Of a stretch of DNA of 64,000 bases, positions 48,201 to 59,918 are shown in pieces. The notes below the pieces were generated by a model. The model did no database searches. It saw only the letters and a list, made by a program, of their open reading frames with translations, and was not told the DNA's origin. A program made the position numbers and the translations under genes. Each line of letters starts with the position of its first letter. The stretch's first letter is position 1. This DNA comes from Callorhinchus milii. Lineage: Eukaryota. The stretch lies in the NCBI RefSeq assembly GCF_018977255.1, contig NW_024704749.1, positions 2,542,001-2,606,000 on the forward strand, written 5' to 3'.

Positions 48201-51200
48201 AGTGCACCTGTGTGTCTCTTTCTCTCCATGTGTGTATTATTTGTGAGTGTCTGTGTGTGTATGTCTCTCTCCTCTGTATGTGTATCTGCTCGGGTGTGTC
48301 TCTGGGTGAGTGTGGGTGTGTGTCTCTCTCTCTCTCCTCTGTATGTATGTGTTTGTGAGTGTGGCTGCGTGTGTCTCCTCTGTGTTTGTGTGTTCATGAC
48401 TGTCTTTGTGTGAATGTGGTTGTGTATCTTTCTCCACTGTCACTGTGAGTGTGTGAGATCTATGTGTATGTGTGTATGATCTGTGTGTGTGTATGATCTA
48501 CGAGTGTATGTGTATGATCTGTGTGTGTGTGTATATGATCTATGAGTGTGCGTGTGTGTATAATCTATGAGTGTGTGTGTGTGATCTATGAGTGTGTGTG
48601 TGAGATCTAGGAGTGTGTATGATCTGAGTGTGTGAGTGTAATCTATGAGTGTGTGTGTGTGTGATCTATGAGAGTACGATCTATAAGTGTGCGTGTGCGT
48701 GATCTGTGCGTGTGCGTGATCTGTGCGCGTGTGTGAGAGTGTGCGTGTGCGATCTGTGTGTGTGTGTGTGCGATCTGTGTGTGCGTGCGATCTATGAGTG
48801 CGTGTGCATGATCTATGAGTGTGTGTGTGATATGTGTGTGTGTGTATGATCTATGAGTGTGTATGATCTATGAGTGTGTGTGTGTGTATGATCTATGAGT
48901 GTGAGTGTGTACGATCTATGAGTGTGAGTGTGTACGATCTATGAGTGGGTGTGTGTATGATCTATGTGTGTGTGTGTGTATGATCTATGAGTGTGAGTGT
49001 GTATGATCTATGTGTGGCTGTGTGTGATCTATGAGTATGTGTATGTGTATGATCTATGAGTGTGTGTGTGTCTCTCTCTGTCTGTGTGTATGTCTCTCTC
49101 TCTCTGGGTGTGTGTGTGTGGTGGTTGGCCCTGAGAGGCAGGAGATGGTGAGCTCCTGTAGCCCCGCAGTCAGGACACTGGTCATGAGTGTCTGTTTCTT
49201 GGTGGATCTCCAGGGCCTGCGCTGGTGTCGTTTCCCTCCCCCCCAACCCCCAAAATGAACCACCCAGTTTTTGTTAAAGAAGAAATCATTTTTAAAAATT
49301 GCAACAATCTGATATGTGTTATTTCCTCATGTTTAGTTTTATCAATAAAGTGAAAAAATGTACGTCGGCAGTGAAATGTACCTCAACAGCACCAATCAAC
49401 ACCCTGCAGTTTTCAGCAGAATTTGTCAAATCCCCCTGCAATTATTGGGCAAGTATTTCCGCACTTTTCAATTGGCCCAGGTTATAACCCAGACCAAGCA
49501 ATTTAAAATATATATATAAATATGGCCTAAAATAAAAATGTAACCAGACATTTTCGACCACTGCCCAATGTGTCGCATGTAGCCTGACTCCACACTGACT
49601 ACGATTACAACTCAACTACATCATAATGAATCGTCTGTCATGGCAAACCGGCCCGGATTAATCACGTTTCAAAGATAGTTTAAATATATTGATAAATACA
49701 ACGTGAACGGTAGCAACATGTACAACAGGATTCATGAGGACTTGAGACTGTGTCTCACTTCCTTTCCTGGCTCCTGAGTCATGTGCCTTCCCAGTTCATT
49801 ATTCAGTGAAGTATAGAGTCCTGATACAAACCCATTATATAAAACATACTCACCAAAGTTGGTATTCTTATAAGGGACAAATGAATGCAACAATTTGCTA
49901 ATGTACGGTAAAGTTGTGTGGTAACAGTGTCCCATCCAATTATTATAGGTCCACCTTGCAATGACCATTTATATGTGACTTTGATAATTATTTAATGCCC
50001 TTTTCATACAAACTGCTTTGAACCGTAAAGCAGTTAGGAGCAGGAAGCCTGATTCATATTCCGCTCCCCTGCCCCACCCTTCAGAATCGCAATGGGGAAG
50101 AGCAGACCTTGTAAATACCCAGAGCTTGCTAATCAGCACNTTTTTTTTCAACATTATTATAAAGAGCCGTTTGCTTTCAAGTGACTGTTTCTTAGTGAAG
50201 CCTGAAGTGATTTGCCTGGCTGCATATATACAACAGTGGTGTGAACTGATGTGCTACTAAAAACATGGCTTCAGTACCTTGGGACATCCTCCCGATGTGA
50301 AAGGGGCCATCCAAATGTAATTTTTTATTTTACTGTATTAAGCTGATGTCAGCAGATTGCCTCCAGTGTCGTTTGCTTTTGAATCAATTGCTTGATGCCA
50401 TTTTCAGTACGCAGCACAGCATATACAGGGCATTCCAGGGTTGTACACTTGCCCTTTTGTACAACACAGGACTTGGTTCAGGTTGGGAACAGCCCCGGCC
50501 CTCACTGCTTACCATGTGCAGAGTGAGGTGTTGAAGCAGTACGACTTCCCATTGGACAAGGTGACGACTGGAACACCATGGTGTGTGAGCAGCGACTGAG
50601 TGATAGTGATGTCGTTACCTGTGAACAAAAGGCACCAGATCAGAGACGTCTACCGATTATACAATAACATAATAATCCTTCCGTTTGATGTAGTGTTGTC
50701 GAGGCACTATCGTATTATCATGTCGTCGAGACGTCTCAAAGCGCTTCACAGGATAATGCTGTAAAGTCATTCGGCTCTGTGTATTTTCCTGGTGAACATG
50801 GCAGTTAATTTGTGCTATGGGATCTTTAATGTCCACCTGGACAGGCAGATAGGACCTTGGTTTAAGGTCTCATATAAAGGATGGCACCTTTAACAATGCA
50901 GCATTGCCCCCCCCCGCCCCACACACATCTCAGCACTGCATTGAAATGTCAGCATAGACTGCATGGGTTCCAAGTCCTGATCTGGGTCTTGAACCTGCAA
51001 CCTTCTGACTCAGAGGAGAGAGTTCTACCAACTGAACTGGGCTGATACACGTATATTGCACTGTAAAGTCCATTAAACTCATTTTTAATTCACAAAGTAA
51101 AAACTTGGATAATTTGGTATATTTTTACTGCGTTTTTTTTACAATATCAGGCCTTTCCTGCTTCAGTTAAATAGAGGAGCAGTCTCCAGCAAAGGTTTGT

Positions 51201-54200
51201 TCAATTTTATGATAGAAATGCCGCTATCTTTGAGAAATTACTTGAGCTGAATATTTGAGCCACGTTGGTGGGTGGGGTGGGGGGGAGTGAGCAGGGGACT
51301 GTGGGAGAAGGAGATGAGACAGCGAGGTGGGGGAGAGAACATGAAACAACAGAATGCCTCATCTAAATGTTACAAATTTGCATGCCTGCCAACTGGCTAT
51401 GACACAAAAGAAAATACATTTGTTTACTCCAAGCTTAATGTGGCTCCTCGGAAACAGATGCACAGGAAATTACAATGAGGAACTGAAACTGCAGTGACAA
51501 AAAAAACAGCACATTTGTTATATTTTTAAATCTATCGGGCAGTTTTAGTATGAATCAGGTGCAATGGGCAAACAGCTGGAAAGGCTCAATCGCCGTTGCA
51601 TTCATTTTATTTTCTAAGCCTCACAGTTCAAATTAACAGGAAATCATTTTATAAGTGTAATACAATGCTGGTGTATTGTAAAAGCTGCACGTCTGTGTAA
51701 AGAGGTAACCCAAGGTTGAGACAGTTTATGTCCTGCTGGATGCAATCTTATTACGCAGCATTGTGCCCTAACATCCAGTTGGTCATTCTGAGCAGCTTTC
51801 TCCTGGCATTCACACAGAATCTCAATACATATCCTCCGCTTTGGGAGAATTATGGTTTATATTTCCAGGAGCACTATAACCAACAGATAGTTTCAAATAA
51901 CGAACATTGTTTTCCCACTTAGATCTGACCCAGGGAAAGAATCAATGGCATAAAGTATAGATAGACTAAACATGTCATGCAGTCACAAACATTGCAACAT
52001 GGACTCAAAATCAGAGGGAAGGCAAAGAGACAGCTCAGATATCCATTCTTTATAGATAGAGTAGCGAGTTTGTGGAATGATAAGCCAGGGAAATGGTGAG
52101 GCAGATGGTAAGATAGATTGTTTCAGCAAATTCAAGAGAACAATTAATTGTACAGGGTGACCAAAAAGTTGTGATTCCCTGACAGTGTCTAATAAGTCTT
52201 AAAAAAATGATGATTTTTTTTTAGATAATAGGGTAGATATCACAACTTTTTGGTCACCCTATATAAGAGAGTTGTACACAAATTGTTTCAAGAGCTGTTT
52301 TAATTCCATCCCATCAAAGAGCACTGCCTTTACATTCAGTCCTAGTGGCATTAGTCTGGAAGGGATCACAAATGGACATGGGACACACTGGCTGACAGTC
52401 CGAGTAAAGGCTGAAACACTGCAACATCAGCCCAGAAAACCCAGAACATTGTCAGAATTTTCCAATTCTCCACTGTATGGCCAAAAACAGTAAACAAAGG
52501 TCAGTACCTGATAATATAGTGATTAGTGACTCGTCCTTGACTAGCACGGTCAACTTTTTTGCATCCCTAGAAAAGGAAAGAAACAATTAAAATCTTCTCC
52601 TATTTGAGGTTCACCGTGCTTTTATAGATCCCCTCGGAATTTACTAACTGTGGAGCTGCTCTTTGTTCTGTGTAAGCAATCTATGTTAGAGGTATTCTTT
52701 TCAACAGCAGTGACAACTGTTGAGGAATTCTTTTCAACAGCAGTGACAACTGTTGAGGAATTATTTTCAACAGCAGTGACAACTTACCAGACAGAGAGTG
52801 TTGCAGTAGCCATGAGAGCCATCACAAAGTGACTTGCACAGTGCAATGTGGAGATGGGTGATCCGAGGAGGATAGCGGGTAGCAGCCGTCGGCCACTGGC
52901 TGAGAATACTGATAGTGTCCGCTCCTCGCAAGCAACGCTCACAAGGTCACTGAAAGGGAAGAAAATGGTTCAGGCGAAAGAAAGGATTGACGAACCGTAA
53001 AAATAATAATAATCTTTGCATTGGATACAGTGTTTTTACGTCTTCTCGACGTCTCAAAGCGCTTCACAGAATATATAGTAAAGTGAATTGACTGCATGTT
53101 TTGTGGGAGAAATGCGGCAGCCAATTGCGCACAGCAGCGTACCACAACAGTCGTGGATTAAGTAAACAATTTTTTAAACTTTTTTTAAGGAATTATTATC
53201 ATGGATTCTTTTAGTGTAGGTGCATGCCAGCACTTGGGGAGCAAGTCAGCTGGTTGCGCACATGCGCAATATTGCTATTGGATGAATGTGAATGTCATAC
53301 ATGGGAATCCACTGTAGTTTACACCGCCAGACGGCAATGCTGCCTACACTTAAGACCCCATGACTCATGTGGGACTTGAAAACACTGCTGACCCAGACAC
53401 AAGAGTGCTACTAACTGACCCAAACTGATATCTGAATGAAACTTCATCAAGTAACGTAAAGAACACCCATCGTTAAAATGCCAATGTAGTACAATGTACA
53501 CAACCATAATACATGACAGTGTAGTTGGAGGGGACCGGGTAGCGGAGATTGACAACATGATCATTCACATCTGTGATCTGCTGTTAAGGCTAAATGAGTG
53601 GGAGGAGGAAGAGGAGGGGAAGAAAGTATTTTCTTTGCTAACTGTAATGGTCCATGCCCCCGGCCTGCCTGCTCCACTATCAGCGGTCGGGCCTTTAGCC
53701 TTTCTGCCCCCACCCTCGGAAATCCACCTCGGCGCTCCTCCGCCTCAGCCCCTCCCTTACTCCTTCAAGGCGGGTCTGAAGACTTTCCTTTTCAACAGTG
53801 CTTTCGGTGATCTTCCCTCCTCTACTACACTTAACCTCCACCCTCTTGACTTCAACCTTCAGCCTGGGTACTAACCCATCACTCTCCAGCACCTTGGGAC
53901 ATCCTCCCCATGTGAAAGGTGCTATGTAAATACAATTTGTTGAAAATGTCATACAAGTCAAGAATAATCTTGGAACATTATTACAAAAGAAGACATTAGA
54001 TACTGGAACCAATCTACTGGAAAGTAACCACAGAACAACAAAGAGGAAATGAAGGGGTATAAAGATATATTTCCACATATTATTTAAGACAATATGTTCC
54101 ACCTACTAAACAGTTCCATCTAATAAACGACCAATAAACATGGATAGAAATGCATATGTGTTGCCCTCATGACTTGTAAAGAAATGAGGGCTACAAATTA

Positions 54201-57200
54201 ATCTGGCTGGGTGTGCATTTCTAACAAAACACTTCAATATTTTAAAGAGAACCAGTAATAGAAAACTACTTCTGCTTTCTCTCTCCACAAAACATGAGCA
54301 GAGAAATTTAGTACTAAAACAGCCTGGTGACAGGAATACCGTTGCACTTCAGTATACCCAGACAGTATCAGCTAGATCTGGATGACGGGTCCCTCACAAG
54401 CACCAGTCATCTGGTTCAAAGCCCACACTTACCAGCTCCCTGCAGCAGTGAGGATTCGACTGGTTAGTAGTGTGTCCCATTCTTTTCCTTCCCTCATGCA
54501 CTTTAACCGGCTCAGTTTGCACCCAGCGACTGCAGAGAGCTCATTCTCCACTTCTATGTACATAGCTGGATCAGAGCTCACCTGAAAGCAAGAAGGGGAA
54601 TTAGTACTCTGCACAGATGCCCTGAGCTCCTCATTCACACACTGGAGGGGGAGAGAAACCCACAGCAGTGCTGGTTTATTTAGAAAGGTGCCTTCAGATT
54701 AACAAAATAAATTTTAATGTCAATGTCATTATTATTAAAACTATTTCTCTTTTTAGCGATGAATAACTACAGATTTTTTTTAAAAATCGTTCAACCAATT
54801 ATGAGTCAGGCCATGACAACCTTTCCCTTCCTGTGGCTGGTCAGCCCAGCTGATGTCATCACTCACCTGCATATTAAATGCTTTCTTTGGCGTTGGTGTT
54901 GGGAGTTTGAAGACGATCGGGGGCGCCGAGACTCGCAGAGTCTCCTTCTCTGTTGTTGGAACCGCCTGTAAAGGAAGGCCACCATAACCTGCTTTAGTCA
55001 CTTTTACTGCATTTCATTTGTGTGTCATCCTGGCTCATTGATAGCACTCTCTCTCCCCCCCCACCGAGTAAAGGGTTCTGGATTCTACACTGTGCATGGG
55101 TAATTCAATGCAACTGGTGAGTGCACATGCAGCAAAAAGTCAAGATGCATTGAATCTGTGCACTTACTGGCTGCATTGAATTACGCACATGTAGTGTAGG
55201 TTATTGATTCAACTGGATTTTATACCACTTATATAGTTTACCTGCAACCGGGTTTTGTGTAAGTCATATTAAATGTTATGGTCCCGACTGATACGACTTA
55301 TGTGAGTTCTGTTGTATTTATTATTATTGCTGACTTGCAGGAGTTCTCTCTAGTGAATATCTGCTGATTGAGGGGAGAGATGATGGTGCTGAGAACAAAA
55401 CATTTTGCTGTTAAACACTGAATCGCAATGAGCCTAATCTTGACCTCAATCAGACAATGTTCACACGTACCAGCAAGGGGTCATTGAAGTGCAATTAGGC
55501 CCGTTTTATCCCATCGCTAGTCCAGGAAAACAAGAGATCAAGTATAGTCACCCCATTGCAACAGAAGATAATGCAGGACAGATCCAAGGGCGAACCTGGA
55601 ACCCCACTTAGGGCTCTGGTGCTACACTGTTTGGTAAATTTACTTACTGAGTTTCCAAGGAGTTAGGCTCCAAGTTCCAGAGCAGAAGTGAGCATTACCT
55701 GAGTTGCAATGGCTGTGAGTGTTTGCTTGGATTCCTTCCTCGGTCGGCCTTTCTTCTTTTTTTCTACAACCTCCCCTTCGGTTTCACTCTTCCGTTTGGA
55801 CAATGCTGAGATTTTGGAAGCTGGGATCTTCTCTTCGCTGTCGCTGCTACTCTCCTGAACCTCTTTAAGCTTCAAGTCTTTGGAGGGTCCCTGCTCTTTA
55901 CTCCTAGAAAAAGGGAGATTCACCTGAATTCATAGCTATTAATGCTGACAAACCCTTTCTCCCCCACTCTCTTCAAAAGCTCCACAGTCCCAAGTAGCAG
56001 GACAATTTACTGGCGACACGAGTTATACAGAATAACAACTGTTGGACACACATGGACATGAAGAGCAATGCATCTCAGAAAAAACTCCTTTCCACCCCTT
56101 GTCGACATCTAGCCACTCCCCAGCCCGTACCTGTCCAAGTCACTCTGCCTGACAGCAGCTGAGATGGGAGTGGTTCCTGGAGTTGATTTGGATCTTTCAG
56201 TGAACCTTGAGTCAAGTGCTTTCATTGGTTCAATCCTTGAAGGGGAAGTTAACAATGGAGTGTTTGTGGGGACAGCACTGGATACACTGATGGCTGCAGA
56301 CCTGAAAATGAAAGACAAGACAGTATGCAAAGGCGGCTTTCACCATCTATAGTATTCCTGATAATATTCAGCCATCTCACACTCCCTACAGTATTCCTGA
56401 TATTGAACAGGCATCACACAACCTACAGAATTGAGAATTGTTATAAAGGCCTCAGCTGCATCTCTGCTTCAAGTAAATAATTCAATTTATTGTGCTAGCT
56501 TCACCTGCAAATGGATAACTGATCATCAACACCATCCTGGGAATCACTGAAAATTTAATGCAGAACTTGCAAAGACAAACAAAGTGGAGTCCACAACAAT
56601 GGGAATCCAGGGAAGTGATGCTGATGCGCCATGGAGCTATAGTGATCACACAGAGTGTCTGTATGTTCACCATATTTAGAAATAGATCACAGCAGTGATG
56701 AATATCTGGGAAAGAGAAATGATGATATTTTAGACAGTGCATCTATAAAATAGGCTATGGAAAGTAAAATAGCACTCAAGGAAAAAGGAAAAATGAAACA
56801 GCAAAATGGTGTGGGATTATTATTAATAACGAGGACATGGACTGGTATTTGCCCAAAATAAACTGCCATAGCATACAGAATCATGATAACTCCTGCTCAG
56901 AATTGTCAGCAAGTGGCCAAGACTGCCACCTAGCAATTCTCAATTGAAACAATTGTTTTCCAAACAAACAGTTCAGTAAATAGTAAAGGGATACAGGTTT
57001 AAAAGTTTTTTAAAAAAAGCGAATAGTGAGATTGGGATTGGAACTCGAGCTGGATGACAGGGAGTTGGTCAGGTGAAGGGTCTTTTCTTGTTCCTATTAC
57101 ATACAGCTGGACAAGAGCTTCAGGATTTTTGACACCTGCTTTGAGGGTAATGTTACATCACATCATCGTGTGATTAAAAGGTTATCTGGTCCAATTACAA

Positions 57201-59918
57201 CTGTTTTGTTGTATTACACTGCCCAAAATGTGAAGCTTATCATCAAGTACAATAAATGCCTTAAAAAGACCTAAAGGACTTATACGTTTTGTGGTGTAGT
57301 ATTCAGCTGGATTGCTCAATGATTATCAGGAACACACTTTCATTGCACAGTGTTCCCAATAATGGCAATGCTGAAGTGCACATTGATTCATGTTTCCATC
57401 AAAAAAGGACACAGGTCAATAATGCATGATGGTAACATACAGGGGTTACACATCCTCTAACTTATTAAAGGGTACTGGACATACCATCAAAGATCCTCTT
57501 ACTTTGGAATCAAAGTTAAAAACTTAGTTCAAACAAATTTAAATTCAAACAGGTGTCAGCCTGGCTCAGTTGGTACTGTCTCGCCTGCGAGTCAGAAGGT
57601 TCCTGCCCCATGTCAGAACTTAGAACGTATAATGTCTGCGAGACACTCCAATGCAGTGCCGGGGGAGGGGTGCATTATTGGAAGTGGCATTCTTCAGATA
57701 AGATGTTAAACGGAGGCCCCACCTTACTGTTCATCTTTATGTTAAAAGATCCCATGGTACTATTCAAAAAAAGGAAGTTCCTCCCAATGTCCTTGCCAAC
57801 AATCTCCCAGATAAAACTGCCACGTTTGCCTTTAGGTACACAGTCAGTACACTTCACAGTAATATTCTGTGAAGGATTTTGGGTGATCTGGTAAAGCGCT
57901 CTATCATATGCAAAGATTATTATTAAAAATTGAGGCAATGTTGCTTCTATTCCAGCAGATGGTGCAGTCGTACCACAAATACCACAAACAGCTCAATCTG
58001 TTGCTTGCTCCACCCTCAACTGGGGGAGGTTAATGAACTTCTGCTGCTTTGTAATTTATGGAGCAGGTTCAGAATAAGATTATATTTATACTAATAATAA
58101 TCCTTGCATTTGATAGAACACCTTATCACATCTTCAAGGCATCTCAAAGCGCTTCATAATAATAATAATGTCTCAAAGCGCTTCACTTTATATACTGTGA
58201 AGTTAATTTACTGTATTTTTGTGGGCGAAATCCTCTGCAGTGCTTTAGGACGTCCTCCCAATGTTTAATAATAATAAAAAGGCTCATTATTTTCCACTTT
58301 AGATTGTTTGTAACCCTCTGAATTTTGTGCTCAAAGTGAAGAATATAAATGCTGGGAAATAGAACACCTTCTGATTTTACATGTACAGCATTCCACTGTT
58401 CCAATATTTCATCTACTCCTCCCTGACAGTGAACTTAAACTGGGGTCCTGTCTGCCTGGTTCAGGTGGATGTCAAAGATCCCATGGTACTATTTAAAAAG
58501 AGAAGGGATTCTCTCCCAGTGTTCTGACCAGCAATCCCCCAAATAAAATTGGTCATTCACTTCATTGCAGTTTGCAGGATAATGCTGTGTGCAAATTTGG
58601 CTGCCATGTTCACCTACAAAATACATAGTCATTACACTTTACAGTCTATCCTGTGAAGTTCTTTGAGACATTCTCTTGTGAAAGGTGTTTTTTCAAATGC
58701 ATGGATTAATATTATTATAATCTCAGAGAAGCAACAGTGTGCCATTTTCCAGTTTTGACACAAGCTAGTATTGAAGTAAGGATACCAATTTTGGTGTCAT
58801 TTAAGGGGAACTTTTTTGTTTGTTTAGATTGTCCAAATACATTTCCGGTAGAAATCTTACAACTATAGGAGAATGAGATTTGCATGCCAATAATCTAGGT
58901 CAGACACAAACCGAGGTCCCAAGAGGTTGAAGCAGCTGTGTACTGCACAATGAGCCACCTGGTCCCCTTCCCCCCCTTTAAGGATGATTGCCCACTTTCA
59001 TTTTGTTCATTACAAAGTGGTTGGTGCAGTCCAATTTTCTGCCAAGAAGCGGTGCTGTTGCTCTAGCAATCATTTCAGTCTGGCAAAGAACCCAGCTGAA
59101 CATCACCACCTGCAACTTACTCCACTGAATGGGGGAGGGGAAGAGAGAGTTCTCCTCTGCCCTTCCTATACATACAACAGTCAATTCAAGCTTATATTAA
59201 ACGCTGAAAAGGTATCAATCAGGAAGACATCAAAACTTATTTGGAGTCCTGTAGCTCAGTGGTTAGAGCATTGCCACGCAAGTGAGAGGACCTGGGTTCG
59301 ATTCCCGGTAGGGCGAAACATTGGGCAAGTTTCCTTACTCCACATGCCTCTGTTTACCTAGCAGTAAGTAGGAACCTGGTTGTTAGTCGATTGGCGGATC
59401 ACTTTTCCGGGGGTAATAATTGCTTCAAAATAAAATTTGTGGGACGCTGCTGTGCGCAATTGGCTTCCACTTTTCGCCCACAAAATATACAGTCAATTCA
59501 CTTTACAATATATTCTGTGAAGCGCTTTGAGACGTCTCGAAGACGTGAAATAGCGCTATATCAAATGCAAGGATTATTATTATTATTCCTCCAATCAAGT
59601 TTTGTCCTGTATCTGAGCTTAATGAACAACTATCCTGAGCACCATAACCAGCAAAGACTGAGAATAGAGTTAGTTATCCAAGAATCCATAACTCACTGTC
59701 CTAACGCTCGGTATTGTGCACCTTACCCGTCTTTGTTGGGTGTGTCCTCGGTTGGCTTTGTGGTGGCTGGTGCAGGGTCCTGAGTTAGTTTGGCAGAGAC
59801 GGATTTGGCAGCGTTGGAGTCTGAGGTGGTCTGCGACTGGCTGATCTGTGAGGGTAGCCCTGAGCCCGGAAGTGCGCCCGTGATAGGTACGCTATTAAAA
59901 AAAGCGGTCGAAAAATCC
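39121..59918 (-). CDS. HIRA: HIRA histone H3.3 chaperone, 3' part (12 coding exons; the WD40 and B-domain exons lie beyond position 64000)
   Basis: The exons join in frame from [11 protein letters not shown]... to ...[38 protein letters not shown], collinear with vertebrate HIRA. All junctions are GT-AG and phases are consistent. Confidence 0.97.
40065..40440 (-). mobile_element. L2 LINE 3' end (HIRA intron)
   Basis: [11 protein letters not shown]...RIEFKI...[10 protein letters not shown] plus tail. Confidence 0.75.
40692..40780 (-). CDS. HIRA: HIRA exon ([17 protein letters not shown]...QWESTVL)
   Basis: TAG/GTAAGA boundaries, 89 nt. Confidence 0.95.
40875..41038 (-). CDS. HIRA: HIRA exon (AGRQAARL...[13 protein letters not shown]...YLVNE)
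   Basis: TAG/GTAGG boundaries, 164 nt. Confidence 0.96.
41309..41735 (+). mobile_element. older tRNA-SINE family B (Deu-domain-like), most complete copy; further copies at about 4517-4640, 16625-16860, 19848-20110, 20870-21175, 50660-51047 (minus), 57553-57925 and 58440-58715
   Basis: Head CTCAG(C/T)TGGTAGCACTCT..TCTGAGTCAGAAGGTT. The centre (GATG.GA..TTAAAC..AGG.CC...AAGATCCCATGG.ACTATT) resembles the recalled Deu domain. The 3' half is shared with family A. Confidence 0.7.
41862..42400 (-). mobile_element. L2 LINE 3' end (HIRA intron)
   Basis: Reverse complement of the L2 C-terminus and tail. Confidence 0.85.
43515..43720. mobile_element. possible pogo/Tigger-type MITE remnant
   Basis: The right end reads TA-CAGTAAACCTC on the minus strand; the left end is only loosely complementary. 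Confidence 0.3.
44954..45323 (+). mobile_element. full-length SINE family A, long subtype
   Basis: Same head and tail with the extra CTCTGTTTACCTAGCAGTAAGTAGGAACC block. Confidence 0.9.
45505..45627 (-). CDS. HIRA: HIRA exon ([18 protein letters not shown]...SGPLATVQG)
   Basis: CAG/GTAAGT boundaries, 123 nt. Confidence 0.95.
45661..46022 (-). mobile_element. SINE family A, long subtype
   Basis: Reverse complement of the long subtype. Confidence 0.88.
47979..49487. mobile_element. non-autonomous TIR element of 1.5 kb carrying an internal GT-rich satellite
   Basis: 29-bp inverted termini at 47979-48007 and 49459-49487 match at 27/29; no transposase ORF. Confidence 0.75.
48165..49120. repeat. 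complex GT-rich minisatellite built on GATCTATGAG-(TG)n units
   Basis: Many GATCT/GATCTATGAG motifs separated by variable (TG)n, mainly in 48430-49070, flanked by GTGTCTCTCTCCTCTGTATG-type units. Confidence 0.9.
50513..50618 (-). CDS. HIRA: HIRA exon ([16 protein letters not shown]...[11 protein letters not shown])
   Basis: CAG/GTAAGC boundaries, 106 nt. Confidence 0.94.
52151..52263. mobile_element. Tc1/mariner-type MITE, 113 bp
   Basis: TACAGGGTGACCAAAAAGTTGTGAT ... ATCACAACTTTTTGGTCACCCTATA, a 24/25 inverted match with TA ends. Confidence 0.8.
52508..52566 (-). CDS. HIRA: HIRA exon ([19 protein letters not shown])
   Basis: TAG/GT boundaries, 59 nt, phases fit both neighbours. Confidence 0.9.
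52694..52783. repeat. 33-bp tandem repeat, about 2.7 copies, abutting a HIRA 5' splice site
   Basis: Unit ATTCTTTTCAACAGCAGTGACAACTGTTGAGGA. Confidence 0.9.
52788..52949 (-). CDS. HIRA: HIRA exon ([16 protein letters not shown]...TLSVW)
   Basis: CAG/GTAAGT boundaries, 162 nt. Confidence 0.95.
53655..53945 (+). mobile_element. L2 LINE 3' end
   Basis: GRAFSLSAP..., [11 protein letters not shown], tail. Confidence 0.75.
54433..54581 (-). CDS. HIRA: HIRA exon ([14 protein letters not shown]...RILTAAGS)
   Basis: CAG/GTAAGT boundaries, 149 nt. Confidence 0.95.
54867..54965 (-). CDS. HIRA: HIRA exon (AVPTTEKE...[14 protein letters not shown])
   Basis: CAG/GTGAGT boundaries, 99 nt. Confidence 0.9.
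55085..55199. mobile_element. degenerate palindromic MITE-like element (CTACACT...AGTGTAG ends)
   Basis: Imperfect 43-bp inverted arms at 55085-55127 and 55157-55199. Confidence 0.55.
55699..55903 (-). CDS. HIRA: HIRA exon (SKEQGP...SSSDSEEK...KKKKGRPRK...TQ)
   Basis: TAG/GT boundaries, 205 nt, NLS/AT-hook-like KKKKGRPRK. Confidence 0.93.
56131..56301 (-). CDS. HIRA: HIRA exon (SAAISVS...[16 protein letters not shown]...DLDR)
   Basis: CAG/GT boundaries, 171 nt, conserved [16 protein letters not shown]. Confidence 0.93.
59243..59587 (+). mobile_element. full-length SINE family A, long subtype
   Basis: Long subtype; also present in the duplicated block at 37565-37890. Confidence 0.9.
59727..59918 (-). 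CDS. HIRA: HIRA exon ([14 protein letters not shown]...PNKDG)
   Basis: TAG acceptor at 59921-19, GTAAGG donor, 192 nt. Confidence 0.92.

Noticed and set aside
48074-49263. Cys/Val- or Thr/His-rich ORFs, and a CRISPR-like repeat-spacer look
   Set aside because: They derive from the (TG)n satellite. The spacers are low-complexity, not unique, and the DNA is eukaryotic.
50140-50140. Single ambiguous base n
   Set aside because: An assembly ambiguity next to a T run, with no biological meaning.
59860-59880. CACTTCCGG ETS-like promoter with a non-coding first exon (also at 37236)
   Set aside because: The segment is the HIRA coding exon (..GALPGSG..), so the motif is incidental.
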